From assembly GCA_963778755.1 (NCBI GenBank), contig CAVZVJ010000002.1:19463-83462 (forward strand): a stretch of 64,000 nucleotides of DNA, in the 5' to 3' direction. Below are positions 41,714-51,637 of this stretch, one piece after another. Both the position numbers and the translations under genes were made by a program. Numbering within the stretch: position 1 is the first letter of the stretch; each line of letters starts with the position of its first letter. Under the pieces are notes generated by a model that had not been told where the DNA came from, made no database searches, and saw only the letters and a list, made by a program, of their open reading frames with translations. Source of the stretch: an uncultured Acidobacteriota bacterium. GTDB lineage: Bacteria > Actinomycetota > Acidimicrobiia > Spongiisociales > ZC4RG35.

Positions 41714-41742
41714 AGACGAATCGGCAGGTTGAAAGGTTTACC
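41714..41742 (-). promoter_or_regulatory. Possible ECF-type autoregulated promoter
   Basis: The minus strand reads GGTAAACC, then 16 nt, then TCGTCT, then GAATC, then GTG (start). This is AAC/CGT-like spacing. The match is weak. Confidence 0.25.
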
Positions 41743-41835
41743 TGAGGGCTCGTAAACCGGATTGACCCCAGATGCGTGTAATTGGCACGGGGCAGGCGGG
41801 ATGGCAACCGAGATTGAGCCAGGGGGTTCGTACTG

Positions 41836-42690
41836 ATGCGCAAATGGTTGGCATTCATCGCCGGGTTGAGCCTGATCGTGGGGTCAGGAGTGGCCTTCGC
41901 CCAGACGAGGGCCGAGTCGCCGCTCACCACTGTCAAGGCAGAGAAGGTGGTCGAGGTAGAGAAGCCTGACCCGGCCGTCGTCGATGGCCATGAAGAGAGG
42001 TGGATCGACGACGAGCCCGCCAAGGATGTCGAAGAGCCAGCCGGGGAAGAGCCGGCGGGGCCACCCGACAAAGACGAGCCGGAAATGGACACCACCCCTC
42101 CTGCAATCCAGATCCTTCATCCTGCCGAGGGTCAGGTCTTCGAGACCAAGAAGGTCGTCTTCGAGGGAACCAGCGAGCCCGGGGCGAGGGTGTTCGCCGG
42201 TGAGCATGAGGCCGATGTCAACGATGCCGGCAACTGGCGGATCGTCCTCATCCTGTCACCCGGGACCAATCACGTCACACTGAGGGCCAAGGATGCCGCC
42301 GGCGATGTCGGCGAAGATTCGGTCACCGTGGTGTTCAAGCCGGTCGAAGAGCCGAAGGACGGGCAAGAGCCGCCCAAGGATCACGAAGAGCAGCCACCGA
42401 AAGACGGCGGCGGGGGCGAGGTCAACTGGGAATTCGTGGCTCATCAGGCCTACGGCCAGTGCGCCGAGAGCCCTCCGTTCGATGTCTTCTACGGAAAGGG
42501 CAAGCCCGGTTCAGTGATCCATGTCGTGTCCGAATACGGCAGCGGTGAGGCCGAAGTCAACGGTGACGGTGGCTGGGAACTGAGGGTCTATTTCGAGGGA
42601 TCGCCAATTGGTCAGGGCATCCAGGTCAGGGTGTACGACCAGTTCGACCACCAGCAGACGTTCGAGTTCACTCACACAGCAGCGGACTGA
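41836..42690 (+). CDS. Secreted protein paralogous to the ectodomain of the candidate anti-sigma factor
   Basis: It has a signal peptide (MRKWLAFIAGLSLIVGSGVAFA) and an acidic Pro/Glu linker. It then reads DTTPPAIQILHPAEGQVF...NHVTLRAKDAAGD...PPFDVFYGKGKPGS...SEYGSG...FEF, colinear with 40280..41173. Confidence 0.7.
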   Translation: MRKWLAFIAGLSLIVGSGVAFAQTRAESPLTTVKAEKVVEVEKPDPAVVDGHEERWIDDEPAKDVEEPAGEEPAGPPDKDEPEMDTTPPAIQILHPAEGQVFETKKVVFEGTSEPGARVFAGEHEADVNDAGNWRIVLILSPGTNHVTLRAKDAAGDVGEDSVTVVFKPVEEPKDGQEPPKDHEEQPPKDGGGGEVNWEFVAHQAYGQCAESPPFDVFYGKGKPGSVIHVVSEYGSGEAEVNGDGGWELRVYFEGSPIGQGIQVRVYDQFDHQQTFEFTHTAAD

Positions 42691-42700
42691 GCCGTCAGGA

Positions 42701-42738
42701 TGCGCCCTCCCACCATCCACAGAGGGTGGGAGGGCGCA
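42701..42738 (+). terminator. Perfect 14-bp stem hairpin after the secreted paralog gene
   Basis: TGCGCCCTCCCACC, a 10-nt loop, then GGTGGGAGGGCGCA, 10 nt after the stop. There is no T tract. Confidence 0.45.
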
Positions 42739-42802
42739 CCGGCCCGATTGAGGAGTCTTCAAAGGATTCGAGTGCCCCTATCTTGCTTGTCGTGAGCACG
42801 AG

Positions 42803-43741
42803 ATGAGCACTCCGCCCGACGACCCGGCCAATTGGCGCCGTAAGGGTCTCGGCATCATCGCAATCCTGTTGGTTGGCGTGGTGACCGTGGTCGCCTTGGT
42901 GGCGATGCGTTCAACCCCGGTGGTTGTTCTTGGCGCTGACGGCGTTGTAGCCGATATTCCTCCAGCCCTCCCCGGTCTCGGAGGCCAATCGGTACGTTTG
43001 GCGGTGCTCGGCGACGTGGGAACCGGCGACGTGAGCGAGCAGTCGATTGCCGATTTGGTTGCAGCGACCGTAAATGGGGATCCTTACGACGCCCTGGTGC
43101 TGCTTGGCGACAATGTCTACCCGGCCGGCGATCCGGCTCGCCTCGACGCAACGGTCTTCCGCCCGTTTAGCGGCGTTCTCGACGACGGAACCGTCGTGTT
43201 GCCGGTGTTGGGGAATCACGACGTGTTGCTGGGCCACGCCGATGGGCAAGTCGAAGCATTGGGTATGCCTGGGCGGTGGTACTCCACTGTCATTGGGCCG
43301 GCCCTTTTCATCGGATTGGACTCCAACCTCGTGCAGAGCGGGGCTCAGACCGACTGGCTGGAATCGACCCTGGATGGCGCCGACACGCCGTGGATGATTG
43401 TGGCGATGCACCACCCCGCATATTCAGTCGGTTTTCACGGCTCCACGGAAGAGATCCAGAATCGATGGGTGCCGTTGTTTGAAAAGTACGGAGTCGACCT
43501 GGTCCTTGCCGGTCACGATCACGACTACCAGCGCACGATGCCGATCAATGGCGTGACTTACGTCGTGTCGGGCGGTGGTTCAGGCACCAGACCCACCGGT
43601 GACGCTGATTTCATCGAACTTGCTGTCTCGATTCGGCACTTCGTCGACCTCGAGATATCCGAGGATCGGATCGAACTGACGGCGATCGGCCAGGATGGGC
43701 CCTTCGACCATGTGACGATCGCTTCGTCCGACCGGCCTTAG
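42803..43741 (+). CDS. Membrane-anchored calcineurin-like metallophosphoesterase
   Basis: 312-aa ORF with an N-terminal TM helix. Motifs are LGDVGTG, LLGDNVY, VLGNHD, MHHP and GHDHDYQR. Confidence 0.85.
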   Translation: MSTPPDDPANWRRKGLGIIAILLVGVVTVVALVAMRSTPVVVLGADGVVADIPPALPGLGGQSVRLAVLGDVGTGDVSEQSIADLVAATVNGDPYDALVLLGDNVYPAGDPARLDATVFRPFSGVLDDGTVVLPVLGNHDVLLGHADGQVEALGMPGRWYSTVIGPALFIGLDSNLVQSGAQTDWLESTLDGADTPWMIVAMHHPAYSVGFHGSTEEIQNRWVPLFEKYGVDLVLAGHDHDYQRTMPINGVTYVVSGGGSGTRPTGDADFIELAVSIRHFVDLEISEDRIELTAIGQDGPFDHVTIASSDRP

Positions 43742-43774
43742 GCGAAGGGTGTTTCCGGGGATAGTCAAGGCTCG

Positions 43775-43806
43775 TTGACGTATGCCATAATTGTGGCATA
43801 ATTGTG
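43775..43806 (+). promoter_or_regulatory. mazE promoter/operator: TTGACG-N16-CATAAT with a tandem CATAATTGTG repeat, placed for a leaderless transcript
   Basis: TTGACG lies at 43775-43780 and CATAAT at 43797-43802. CATAATTGTG occurs at 43786-43795 and 43797-43806, 11 bp apart. The ATG at 43809 lies 7 nt after the -10 element. Confidence 0.5.
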
Positions 43807-43808
43807 CC

Positions 43809-44045
43809 ATGGCAAGAGTGAGGGTAAGCACCACGGTGGATGAAGGCCTGCTTCGCGCTGCGAGGCAGGCACGTTTACAGATGAACGATGCGGCTCTGAT
43901 TGACGCGGCATTGACCGCTCTGTTGGCCGCTCACCAGGCGGAAGAGATCAACGCCGCATACGTGGCATACGACGGCCATCCGCTGAATGAGCCGGACGAA
44001 TGGGGCGACCTCGAGTCGTTCCGTGAGGCAGCTGGCTCGTCGTGA
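43809..44045 (+). CDS. mazE: Type II antitoxin, MazE-like
   Basis: It reads MARVRVSTTVDEGLLRAARQARLQMNDAALIDAALTALLAAH... Its stop overlaps the GTG of the toxin gene. Confidence 0.65.
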   Translation: MARVRVSTTVDEGLLRAARQARLQMNDAALIDAALTALLAAHQAEEINAAYVAYDGHPLNEPDEWGDLESFREAAGSS

Positions 44046-44366
44046 TGGACCTGCCGAGGAGGGGGGAGGTCTGGTGGTGCGAGCTGCCGCAGATCTCACG
44101 CCGCCCGGTCGTGGTCCTGTCCAGAAACGTCGGCCATTCCGAGACTGCGGCGGGCCCTTGTCGCTCCCTGTACGACCAACGTTCGAGGGCTACCGAGCGA
44201 AGTCGTTCTCGAGGCAGGCGAAGACCCGATCCCACGCCGGTCGGCCGTCAACCTCGACTCGGTCGAGAGTGTTTCCGTGGGCGTATTAACGGAACGTCTA
44301 GGCCGGCTCAGCGCCGAGCGAATGCATGAGGTTTGCTCGGCGCTGGCCGTTGCCGTCGACTGCTGA
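44042..44366 (+). CDS. mazF: MazF/PemK family endoribonuclease toxin, apparent 1-nt insertion
   Basis: It reads (M)MDLPRRGEVWWCELPQISRRPVVVLSRNV. The +1 frame continues AIPRLRRALVAPCTTNVRGLPSEVVLEAGEDPIPRRSAVNLDSVESVSVGVLTERLGRLSAERMHEVCSALAVAVDC. The shift lies near 44126-44136. Confidence 0.8.
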
Positions 44367-45454
44367 TCACTCGGGGGTCAGGGTGCTGACCTCGCTATGC
44401 GAGCTCGTGTAGAACAGCTCTCCGTCGGGAATGAAAGCGAGGAACGTCCAGAATTCGGGATCCAGGGTCTGGTCTGCCACCATCTCGCCGGTCTGGATGT
44501 CCCACAGTCGGTCCGATCCGGGCGATGAGGTACCGAGGAGGCCATCGCCGTTCATAGCGATGTCGATGACGATTTCGGAATGCGCCGACAACTTCTGCAC
44601 CGTCGCCTCCTCCACCGTCGCCCCGCCCACAAGGGCGTCGAAATCGAGGACCAAAGCAGTTCCGTCGAGGTTGGCCATCGCGAGGTACTTCCCGGTCGGA
44701 TCAAAAGCCAGCCTCAGCCCTTGATCGAGACCGGTGTCGCTCATCAAGGTGTGGCTCGACATGTCATATATCTCGCTGACAGTGGTTTCTGAATCCGCGG
44801 ACGGGTTGGCCACGATCGTCAAGTAGCGACCCGCTTCCGCGCCGCCAGGATTGAAGACCGCGTCGTGGATATAGCGCCCTCCGAGATCGAGGACCTCGGT
44901 GCCTGACGCCCATTGGATCACCCGACCCCGACATTCAGGATCGTCACCTCCGCTGAGAACCAATAGCGACCCGTCGGGGCTGAAGGCCTTGGGGATGGTG
45001 CAGTCCGGCAGTTGCTGCGGACAGCGGCTCGAACGACTCGAAGTCCCGGACCCAACCACCGCCTTCCGCATCAACCATCGCAACCAGACTCCAGTCAGAG
45101 CTCAACGCCTCGCCGTGTCGCCCAATGGAGATCTTGATTCTCGAAGTCCCGCAATTGTTCTCCGGAGCCAATGTCGTACACCCGAACCATGTTCGGCTCG
45201 GTGGAAAAGACGACAACCTGTGAACCATCCGGGGAAACCTCGACGCGATACGGGTACCCGGCTTGGTCCGGCTCCTGATCGAGATCGATCGCACCAGGGT
45301 TCGTGGGTATGGCTGTGGTGGTTTCCGCCACCGCCGGCGGGGTCGTGGTCGCCGTTGCCGTCGTTTGGTCTGTCGCTTGGGTTTCACATCCGGCCAGGAT
45401 CAACGTCAGGAAAAGGGTTCCGAGGATGGTTAGAAATAGCGGATCGATTTCGCA
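44367..45454 (-). pseudogene. WD40-like beta-propeller lipoprotein, read across three frame changes
   Basis: ATG 45454 follows AAAGGAG. The reconstruction is MRNRS then LFLTILGTLFLTLILAGCETQ...VEVSPDGSQVVVFSTEPNMVRVYDIGSGEQLRDFE, then IKISIGRHGEALSSDWSLVAMVD, then QLPDCTIPKAFSPDGSLLVLSGG...AFDPTGKYLAMANLDG... The shifts lie near 45440, 45140 and 45020. Confidence 0.65.
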
Positions 45455-45541
45455 TGTGCAGCTCCTTTCAGCTGCATGCGATACGACCCGATCACGTTGG
45501 AAAGCCGCTTGTGAACGGCTTGGAACTATGCCGAGGGCGGA

Positions 45542-48500
45542 TCAGTCGGCAGACTCGCAGGCCGTCTCCAGGTATCGCTCGCATTCCTCGGGGGTCAAAT
45601 CCCTCGTGACTCTGGTTTCAGCGAGCTTCGATGAGCGGTTCAGGGTCGAAGTTGAAGGTGCGAATCCCGCCGTCTCCGTAGAGCAGATAATCGCCCTCAG
45701 GGCCGAAGGTGCTGACCGGGGGAGCGTTGGAGCCGACATAGGGTTCGGCGATCATCGACCCGCTCGAACACGTCCCACGAGCCGAAGCGACCGTGCCGAT
45801 GTGGTGGCAAGTACCCCGTCGGCGTTGATCGCAACCCGCCAGAAGACGTCGTCTCCGCGGGGTTCTGAAGATGAGCGAGTCCTCCGGTGAGTTGCCTTCG
45901 AGAACCGCCACCATGTCGAGGACCCAGGCGTCCCCGCCGTCCATTTCCCCTCCGGCCAGGTATCGCCCGCGTAGGGTCGAAGGCGATCGAGACGGTGTTT
46001 GGGAACACCGGACCCATAACAGTTCTCCAGTCGACATGTCGTAGATCAAGGCGGCGGCAGCGGAAGAGTTATCGTGTGGACCAGCCGCAATCGCCAGATA
46101 GCGACCGGCCTCGAAGGTGCCGCCAGGATTGAATTTCGCTTCATTGAGGTAGTTGGCGGGCGAGTCCAGCAATTCGACGCCGGTTTTCCAATCGATCCGA
46201 CCACGCTGGGTCGTCGCAACTGCTCACGGACCAACAGATGGGTCGTCGCGCACATGCTTTCGGGTAGAGCAACGAGCAAGTCATCCTTCTCGGAGGTTGA
46301 AGCTCTTCGGGTACCAATGCAGTCGGGAAGGTCCGTCGATCGCGAAAGGTTGACGAGGTCGCCGTATCCAACGCGTCGCCATCGAGTAGCTGGCCAGATT
46401 ACGGACCAATCCGGCACCGTCGGGCGGATATCGAGAGCCTGATCTGGTCGAGGGAGCTCGAACTTCGCCGGTCACGACGTCGATCAGGTCAAACGATCCG
46501 CCCTTACTTTGGACAGCCAATTCCGCCTGCCGTCGGCCGATACGTCGATCTGGATGACGTCGTCGGGGTGCGGAAGCGGTCGATTCACGGGCGGCGGCCC
46601 GGCTGGTGTGACATCCCAGGTTCGGGCAGTTCCGTCGGTGCTGACACTGTGGAGATGCTCTCCATCAGAGTTGAACATCACGTCAAACACAATGCCTTCA
46701 TGACCGGCCAGAGTCCCGACATTGGAGAGAGACTCGGTCTCGAGGAGTCGTGACCTTGCCATCGTTTCCCGACACTGCACCAACCCCGAATCGGCGACAT
46801 CGAGTGCCGGGATATCAGTCGTCAGAGGTTCATCGGATTCGCTCCACCACGGTTTTCCGTCCCAGGTTCCAGGCCGCCACCGATCCCTGGCCTCGTCGGC
46901 AGTGATCAGACGGTTGTTTTGACCGATCCACGCGCCAACCGGTGGGGGTGCGAAGTCGATCGTGGCATCCGGTCTTGCTCGTTCACTCGGGACGTCGTAG
47001 GAGACGACTTCGTCGGCATCGACCGTGGGCCACCAGCAACGTCCTGTTGTCGAGGAAGGCCACGTCCAATTGGTGAGGGGAGTCGACGTCGTCCAAGGGC
47101 TTGCGAGAACAGTCTCGTCGCGTCGACGTGTCCCAGACCACTAACGGACGGTCGGAGTTGGAGACCGTCACCGCCAGATATGCACCATCGGGCTGGACCA
47201 GGCCATTCGTGAAGTGTGCTCGTCCTGAGGCAACCCGATCGGATACGGGTGAAGCTCGTTTCGCCGTTAGTCGGATCCCAGATGATGAAGACCGGCGTGT
47301 CGATTCGGCCCCGCCAGGTAGCCGACCGCCAGACGCCCATCGGGGCTCCAGGCGAGTCCTATCACCTCGCCGGGCCGGGCAAGTCCAATGAGAATCTTCC
47401 CATTGTCGAGATCCCAATCGAAACCTCTTCGAGGCCTCCTTAGGGGAGCCACGGTTGTCGGTAGCGACCAGTTCTCCGGCCGACCAGACCTCGACCTGTC
47501 GATAGCCACCATCCACCGCTCCTCCACGCGGGACGACCTGCACCGCGTTGTGCAACGCCGCCATCGTCTCTGCGGGACCTCCAGGCCCGCAGCGAGGGCT
47601 CGTTCGGCCGACTCCAACCGAGGAGTATCGCCAGTTCGGGGTCGGTGTCCAGGACGACTACGGAATCGGTCGCCAGCTCCCTACCAACGAGAGAACCTCC
47701 TCACGGTCCGCCTGATTGCGCTGGCTGAGAGCCAAACCACCCAGGGTTCCGACGACGACGAGAGCGCCGGCCAACGCCGCCAGGAGACCACGCCGCCTAC
47801 GCCGCCTCGCGTGCGCTCTCTTCCTGGTTGAGCGCCACGCTGGCGGACAGGTAGTCGGCCTCACTCCCGGAGATGGCGATCCCGCTCTCCTCCCGCCATC
47901 GCTCGGCCTGATCGAGACGGGCCCCCCGCAGCAAGATAGCTCGCGTTCCATGCCCGACTCGGCCCACTCCCCCGCGGCCGCGTTGATGCTCCGCTGAACT
48001 GTGAGATCGCCACGTTTGGCTTCCACCCACGAGCTCAATCTCCCCCATTCGGTGAGCAGAGCCTCGTGGGCGACCTCCACGGTCGGGCCCCGGTGTCACC
48101 GGATGAAGATCGAACGACAGAAGTCGAAAGGCGCCGAACTGCTGGAGTGCCTGGTCGAGAGCCATTTGGTCGATGGCAAGGCTTCTCAACTCGCTCTGCA
48201 GGATGCGGCGTCTCGTGGTTCCCGCCGTCTCGTCCACGGTTAGCAGACGTAGGAATAGTTGTTCGGTGGCCACCTGGCCCGCCGGAGACAGCGAGTCGTA
48301 TATCTCGTCGGCCCGTCGGCCCAGGGCCCCGAGGACCCCACCAGTCGACTTGTAGAGCTCGACGGTCAGCAGGTTTCCCTGTCGCTGGGAGAACATCTCG
48401 GTTAAGGCGTATTGCAGGAGCGGGAGACTGCCTGGCTGGCCTGCGACGTCACGAAGCACATGGTTGACCAGCCCTGGCTCGAGGTCGACGCCAACCCTTT

Positions 48501-50774
48501 TCGCCGGCCCGGAGACCGCCTGGGCCAGACCCTCTTCGGAAGGGAAGACTCACCGGGACCACTCCGCTTCTCATCACCTGAGCGAAGGCGGGATACTCGA
48601 GTGGTCGATCGAAGAAGTCTGCTCGCAGCGTCAGAATCAGCCGAACCCGGGATCGATCGTCACTGATGACGGTGGTCAGCGCGTCGAGGAATAGGCGGCG
48701 AGTCCCTTCGGACGCCACGGACGAGAACAGCTCTTCGAACTGATCGATGATCAACACCAGGTCGCTGTCGCTCCCGGGAAGGATCTGCTTGGAGATCCGA
48801 AGCAGCCCTCGCTCATCGGAGACCAGTTCGTCGACCAGATCCGGAGGGTTGTCCACCGCCACCCGTAACAGGGCTGCTCCCAGCTCCTCGAACGGATATG
48901 ACCCCGGGAACATGTCGGTGAAGAGCCATCCTCGCGAGCCGGGCAGGCCACCAGACCGCAGCGCCGGGATCAGCCCGGCCCGAACCACCGAGGACTTCCC
49001 GCTTCCAGAGGGCCCGACCACTGTCACCAGTCGGTTGGTTGCGAGAGCTCGCAAGAGTTCGTCGACCAGAGCTCCGCGTCCGTAGAAGTCGATGGCGTCG
49101 GTCTCGGTGAAGGCCCGGAGCCCTTTGTATGGGTTGCGCGGGGGAGCAGCCTGGGGCGGGGGCTGGTCGACATCTGCAACCGCCACCACGTCGGCTCCGA
49201 CCGCTCGTCGAATCGCCCTCAAGAGGTCGTCTGCCCGCTCGTATCGATTCATTGGCTGATCGTCGGTCGCCTTCGTCAACACCTCGACCAGCTCGGGGGA
49301 AAGATGTCCGTTCGATTCCACGGAGCCGGGGGTACCCGTCAGACAGTGCCGGGCCAGCACTCCCAGGCTGAAGATGTCCGATCGGGTGGTCAGCGGCTCC
49401 CCCCTCGCTTCCTCGGGAGGCAAATAGGCGAGAGAGGTGGTCACAGGTGCCCCCTCTTGGTCCGCCCGGCGAGCGGCGATTCCGAAGTCAGACAAATAGG
49501 CGTTGCCGTCGTCGTCGAGGAGGACGTTGGCCGCCTTGATGTCGCGATGGATCACACCGTGGCGGTGTGCATAGGACACCGCAGGCACCAACCTGCTCTA
49601 TGAGACGGAGCACCGGCGCCAGGTCCCAGGGCCCGTGACGAAGCGTGTCGGCAACACTCCCACCTCTGAGCAGTGGCATCACCAGATAGGCCCCCTCCGG
49701 CCCTCTCCAATAGTCGAGAAGGGTGACGATGTGGGGATGCTCCAACTCGGCGACGACTTGCGCCTCCGCCTCGAAGCGCCTGATGAAGTCGGCCCGGTTC
49801 ACGTATTCCGGTCGGATGAACTTGATGGCGGCCTCACGCCCGACGGAGGGCTGGAACGCCCGATAGACCACCCCGTAGTCGCCGATCCCGATCTGTTCTC
49901 TCAACTCAAAGCCTCGCACATTGGCGCCGACTACGGGTTCGAGATCAGTGTGCTCCTCCTCGTGGATCTTCTCGACCGTGGCGTCGACTTTGACGTCCAG
50001 TGTCGGGTCCTGCTCCAGGATCCGTTGCTCGAGGTCCTGGAGGCCCGGCGACGGGTTGATGCCCAGTTCCTCCCCGAGGAGAGTCCTCGTCTTCTGAAAG
50101 GCGCGCAAGGCGTCGGCCTGCTGCCCCGATCGGTAAAGGGCGAGCATCTGCATCTCCGCCATGCGCTCGCGGAAGGGGTTCTCCCGAACCAGGGTCTCCA
50201 GCTCACCGATCACTCGTCGGTGGTTGCCGAGAGCAAGCTCGGCTTCGATCCGGTACTCGACCGCTATCAAACGCATTTCCTCGAGCCGGGCGATGTCAGC
50301 GCTGAGCGCCGGCTCCCCGCTCAGATCTCCGTAGGGCTCCCCGTACCAGAGGTCCAAAGCTTGCTGAAGCAGAGTCTGAGCCGAAGCTGGATCGGACGCC
50401 AGGACATTCCTTGCATCGTCGACCATTCTCTCGAAGCGGAGGGAATCCAGCTTTTCGGAATCGACGGCGACCCTGTATCCGTCTCCCTGGCTGATGAGCT
50501 CCTCGCCCAGCTCCGCACGAAGGTGTGAGACGTAGCTGTGCAGGGTCGCCTTGGCCGCGTCCGGTGCCTCGCCCGCCCAAACCGCCTCGATCAGAGCGTC
50601 ACGGGAAACGACGCGGTTGGTACTAGCAAGGAGCACGGCCAGGACCATGCGCTGTCGTCGCCCACCGAGAACCAGGCTCTCTCCGTCCTGGACCGCACTG
50701 AGCGGACCAAGGATCCGATACTCCACGGTCTCAATGTTCGCGGAGACCGGTTCGTCACGCGCCGTTTCGGCCAT
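45542..50774 (-). pseudogene. Giant multidomain signalling protein: SARP (winged helix + BTAD), Ser/Thr kinase, nSTAND-type P-loop NTPase, one TM helix, WD40-like propeller. At least 10 frame changes.
   Basis: - SARP domain, about 50100-50774: VEYRILGPLSAVQDG...ALDLWYGEPYGDL.
- Kinase, about 49250-49960: GIGDYGVVYRA, AIKFI, HRDIKAANVLLD, DFG.
- NTPase, about 48080-49130: NPYKGLRAFTETDAIDFYGRG, VVGPSGSGKSSVVRAGLIPAL, LIIDQFEELF, VEVAHEALLTEW.
- TM helix, about 47730-47800: RRRRRRGLLAALAGALVVVGTLGGLAL.
- WD40-like repeats, 45542-47650: e.g. LAGHEGIVFDVMFNSDGEHLHSVSTDGTARTWDV, ending LTPEECERYLETACESAD.
- The pieces come from ORFs 49488..50774, 48449..49591, 47797..48459, 47658..48080 and many shorter fragments. 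Confidence 0.7.
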
Positions 50775-50838
50775 GTCGCTCAGTTTTCAATGTCTGGCTT
50801 GTAGATCGCTTGGAAGACGTTCGACGCTAGTTGTCGGA

Positions 50839-51609
50839 CTATTTCTGCCATCGTCCGATGAGAACCCTGTAGCCAGGAAGCTCACGGACGAACAGGCCGG
50901 CCTGATACGTGAAGGGCAGGGGGACGGGAAGCATCCGTGAGTCGGGTAGTCGAGGCATCCCGTTAACTGCCTCCCAGTGCTCTCCGTCGGCTGAGATATA
51001 CAAACTCAGATTGTTCGGTCTGAACACTGAGGGACCTCCGAAGGTCATCTTCATCCAACCGAAGTCTGTGGAAACCGGTTCTACTCGACGCCTCATCTCA
51101 GGGGAGCCCGGTGGAGGCGGCGGTGCGTTCAGTGGATCCTTCAACTCAACCCATTTGCCGTCGTGTCTGCTCAAGACCTTGACCCCATCATCTGACCTGA
51201 GAGTCACCCAGGTCACGCCGTCCACCTCGTAGAACTCGTGCTCGACCCCCCCGGCGGTGAACTCCGCAAGGGCGGCGTCTGGCGGTGATCCAAGGTCGCT
51301 CCAGACGATTCCATCGGCGGACGTCCACCAGGATTGGCGGTGATTTACATAGAAGACTCCGTCCAACCTGAACACGTAGGCCGCCCCGTAGGGGTATCCC
51401 CGGGCATAGGACCATTCGATGGTTCCGAGGCTCGTCTCAGAGGTAGCGACGCCGAGCTTTGCGTGCATACCCGGGACGACGACAATCGTTGTAGCGGGCG
51501 TCGACGGTGTGGGTTCCTCGGCTCGCCCATCTCGAGTCTGGCATCCGATCAATGACACCATCACCACGGCCCAGGCAAGTGGATTCTCGAGACGACGTGC
51601 GATCTTCAT
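50839..51609 (-). CDS. Lipoprotein with BNR/Asp-box (SxDxGxxW) repeats, paralog A
   Basis: Intact 256-aa ORF with the lipobox VSLIGC. Asp-box-like motifs are WTSADGIVW and YISADGEHW. It is homologous to the next two genes. Confidence 0.7.
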   Translation of the reverse strand: MKIARRLENPLAWAVVMVSLIGCQTRDGRAEEPTPSTPATTIVVVPGMHAKLGVATSETSLGTIEWSYARGYPYGAAYVFRLDGVFYVNHRQSWWTSADGIVWSDLGSPPDAALAEFTAGGVEHEFYEVDGVTWVTLRSDDGVKVLSRHDGKWVELKDPLNAPPPPPGSPEMRRRVEPVSTDFGWMKMTFGGPSVFRPNNLSLYISADGEHWEAVNGMPRLPDSRMLPVPLPFTYQAGLFVRELPGYRVLIGRWQK

Positions 51610-51637
51610 GACTGAGGCCTTTCCCTGCTAGGCGCCG

